DNA from: Polyangiaceae bacterium | Lineage (GTDB): Bacteria; Myxococcota_A; Polyangia; Polyangiales; Polyangiaceae | Length of the DNA stretch: 64,000 nt | NCBI GenBank assembly: GCA_947475525.1 | Contig: CANJMI010000006.1 | Coordinates: 204,162-268,161, forward strand | Direction: 5' to 3' | Part shown: piece by piece, positions 63,169 through 64,000 of the stretch | Layout: every line of letters starts with the position of its first letter | How positions within the stretch are numbered: position 1 is the first letter of the stretch | Notes under the pieces: generated by a model | What the model saw: the letters and a program-made list of their open reading frames with translations, nothing else | Database searches by the model: none | Told to the model about the DNA's origin: nothing | Translations under genes and position numbers: made by a program

Positions 63169-64000
63169 ATGTTTGAGCAAACCTTCAAAAACATCGATGA
63201 CGTCCTCTGGAAAGACGCCGGCTGCACCAGCGAGCTGGATTACACCGAGCAATCGTCGTGGCTGCTGTTTCTGAAATACCTCGACGCGCTGGAATCAGAC
63301 AAAGCCACCGAAGCCGCTTTGAACGGCAAGCCCTACGAGCACATTCTTGCCAAAGCTTATCGCTGGCAATCGTGGGCCGCGCCTCGCATCGGTGATGGCA
63401 AGAACGGCAAGATCGACCACAACACCGCCCAGACGGGCGATGACCTGATTCAGTTCGTCAACGCCAAGCTCTTTCCCTATTTGCACGGCTTCAAGGCCAA
63501 GGCCACCGGCCCGAACACCATCGAATACAAGATCGGCGAAATCTTCGGTGAGATCAAAAACCGCATCCAGAGCGGCTACAACCTGCGCGAGATCATCGAC
63601 CACATCGACGAGCTCCGCTTCGCGTCCCAGACCGAGAAGCACGAACTCTCGCACCTCTACGAAGCCAAGATCAAAAACATGGGCAACGCCGGGCGCAACG
63701 GCGGCGAGTATTACACCCCGCGCCCGCTCATCCGCGCCATCGTCGCCGTTACCGCGCCCCGGCTCGGCGAGACCATCTGCGACCCCGCCGTCGGATCCGC
63801 CGGTTTTCTCTGCGAATCCTTCGATTACCTCCGCGCCCAGAACCCCAAGCGCACCACCGCGCAGGACCGCGCCCTGCAAGAGCGCACCTTCTACGGGAAG
63901 GAAAAGAAGTCCCTCGCCTACGTCATCGCGATCATGAACATGATCCTGCACGGCATCGAAGCGCCCAACATCATCCACACCAACACGCTCGCCGAGAACC
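63169..64000 (+). CDS. hsdM: type I restriction-modification system methyltransferase subunit HsdM (N-terminal 277 aa; continues beyond the window)
   Basis: MFEQTFKNIDDVLWKDAGCTSELDYTEQSSWLLFLKYLD is the classic HsdM N-terminus. GGEYYTPRPLIRAIV and DPAVGSAGFL are SAM-binding motifs. AGGTAG Shine-Dalgarno sequence. Noticeably lower GC than the flanking DNA. Missing from the ORF track because it has no stop within the window. Confidence 0.9.
   Translation, partial: MFEQTFKNIDDVLWKDAGCTSELDYTEQSSWLLFLKYLDALESDKATEAALNGKPYEHILAKAYRWQSWAAPRIGDGKNGKIDHNTAQTGDDLIQFVNAKLFPYLHGFKAKATGPNTIEYKIGEIFGEIKNRIQSGYNLREIIDHIDELRFASQTEKHELSHLYEAKIKNMGNAGRNGGEYYTPRPLIRAIVAVTAPRLGETICDPAVGSAGFLCESFDYLRAQNPKRTTAQDRALQERTFYGKEKKSLAYVIAIMNMILHGIEAPNIIHTNTLAEN

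Noticed and set aside
1-64000. Scan for tRNA/rRNA/CRISPR signatures
   Set aside because: No T-arm GTTCGAATC-type consensus in an intergenic context was found. The one GATTCGAATCGG at ~42895 is inside the metallophosphoesterase CDS and palindromic. No rRNA-like conserved blocks and no regularly spaced direct repeats with unique spacers. All tandem repeats found are contiguous and mostly in-frame coding. By-eye scanning cannot fully exclude a small ncRNA.

Overview
This 64 kb window is high-GC (~68-70%) bacterial chromosomal DNA with dense coding on both strands. Codon usage, the many lipoproteins, TPR proteins and MoxR/DUF58/transglutaminase genes suggest a Myxococcota-like deltaproteobacterium; that attribution is inference only. 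About 42 genes are supported. Housekeeping genes: alaS, tyrS, argS, smc, tex, mutS2, a second MutS-family ATPase, an ABC-F ATPase, a THUMP RNA methyltransferase and an Omp85 protein. Accessory and envelope genes: many secreted or lipoprotein ORFs, a lipoprotein amidohydrolase with thrombospondin type-3 repeats, and a HARE-HTH/Mrr-cat restriction-like protein. Two long same-strand gene blocks stand out. The first is DUF58 - transglutaminase-like membrane protein - MoxR ATPase - TPR protein (16.2-23.1 kb, minus strand). The second is a candidate undescribed membrane-associated system at 49.6-61.9 kb (minus strand): GltS-like membrane protein -> type I periplasmic binding protein -> small pore-loop 'K+-channel-like' protein with a degenerate filter -> YqiJ/NfeD-like -> flotillin (YqiK-like) -> 1848-aa AAA+ protein, sitting just upstream of argS. 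The right end looks like a genomic island boundary: an arsH pseudogene (premature TAA plus frameshift), a ~350 bp AT-rich gap with TTGAC repeats and a TATAAT box, then a lower-GC type I R-M hsdM gene running off the window. Several perfect in-frame tandem DNA repeats (9-42 bp units) sit inside genes, and one 21-bp tandem array sits between convergent genes. I saw no rRNA, tRNA or CRISPR array. Many long ORFs in the supplied track are antisense shadows typical of high-GC DNA and were rejected.
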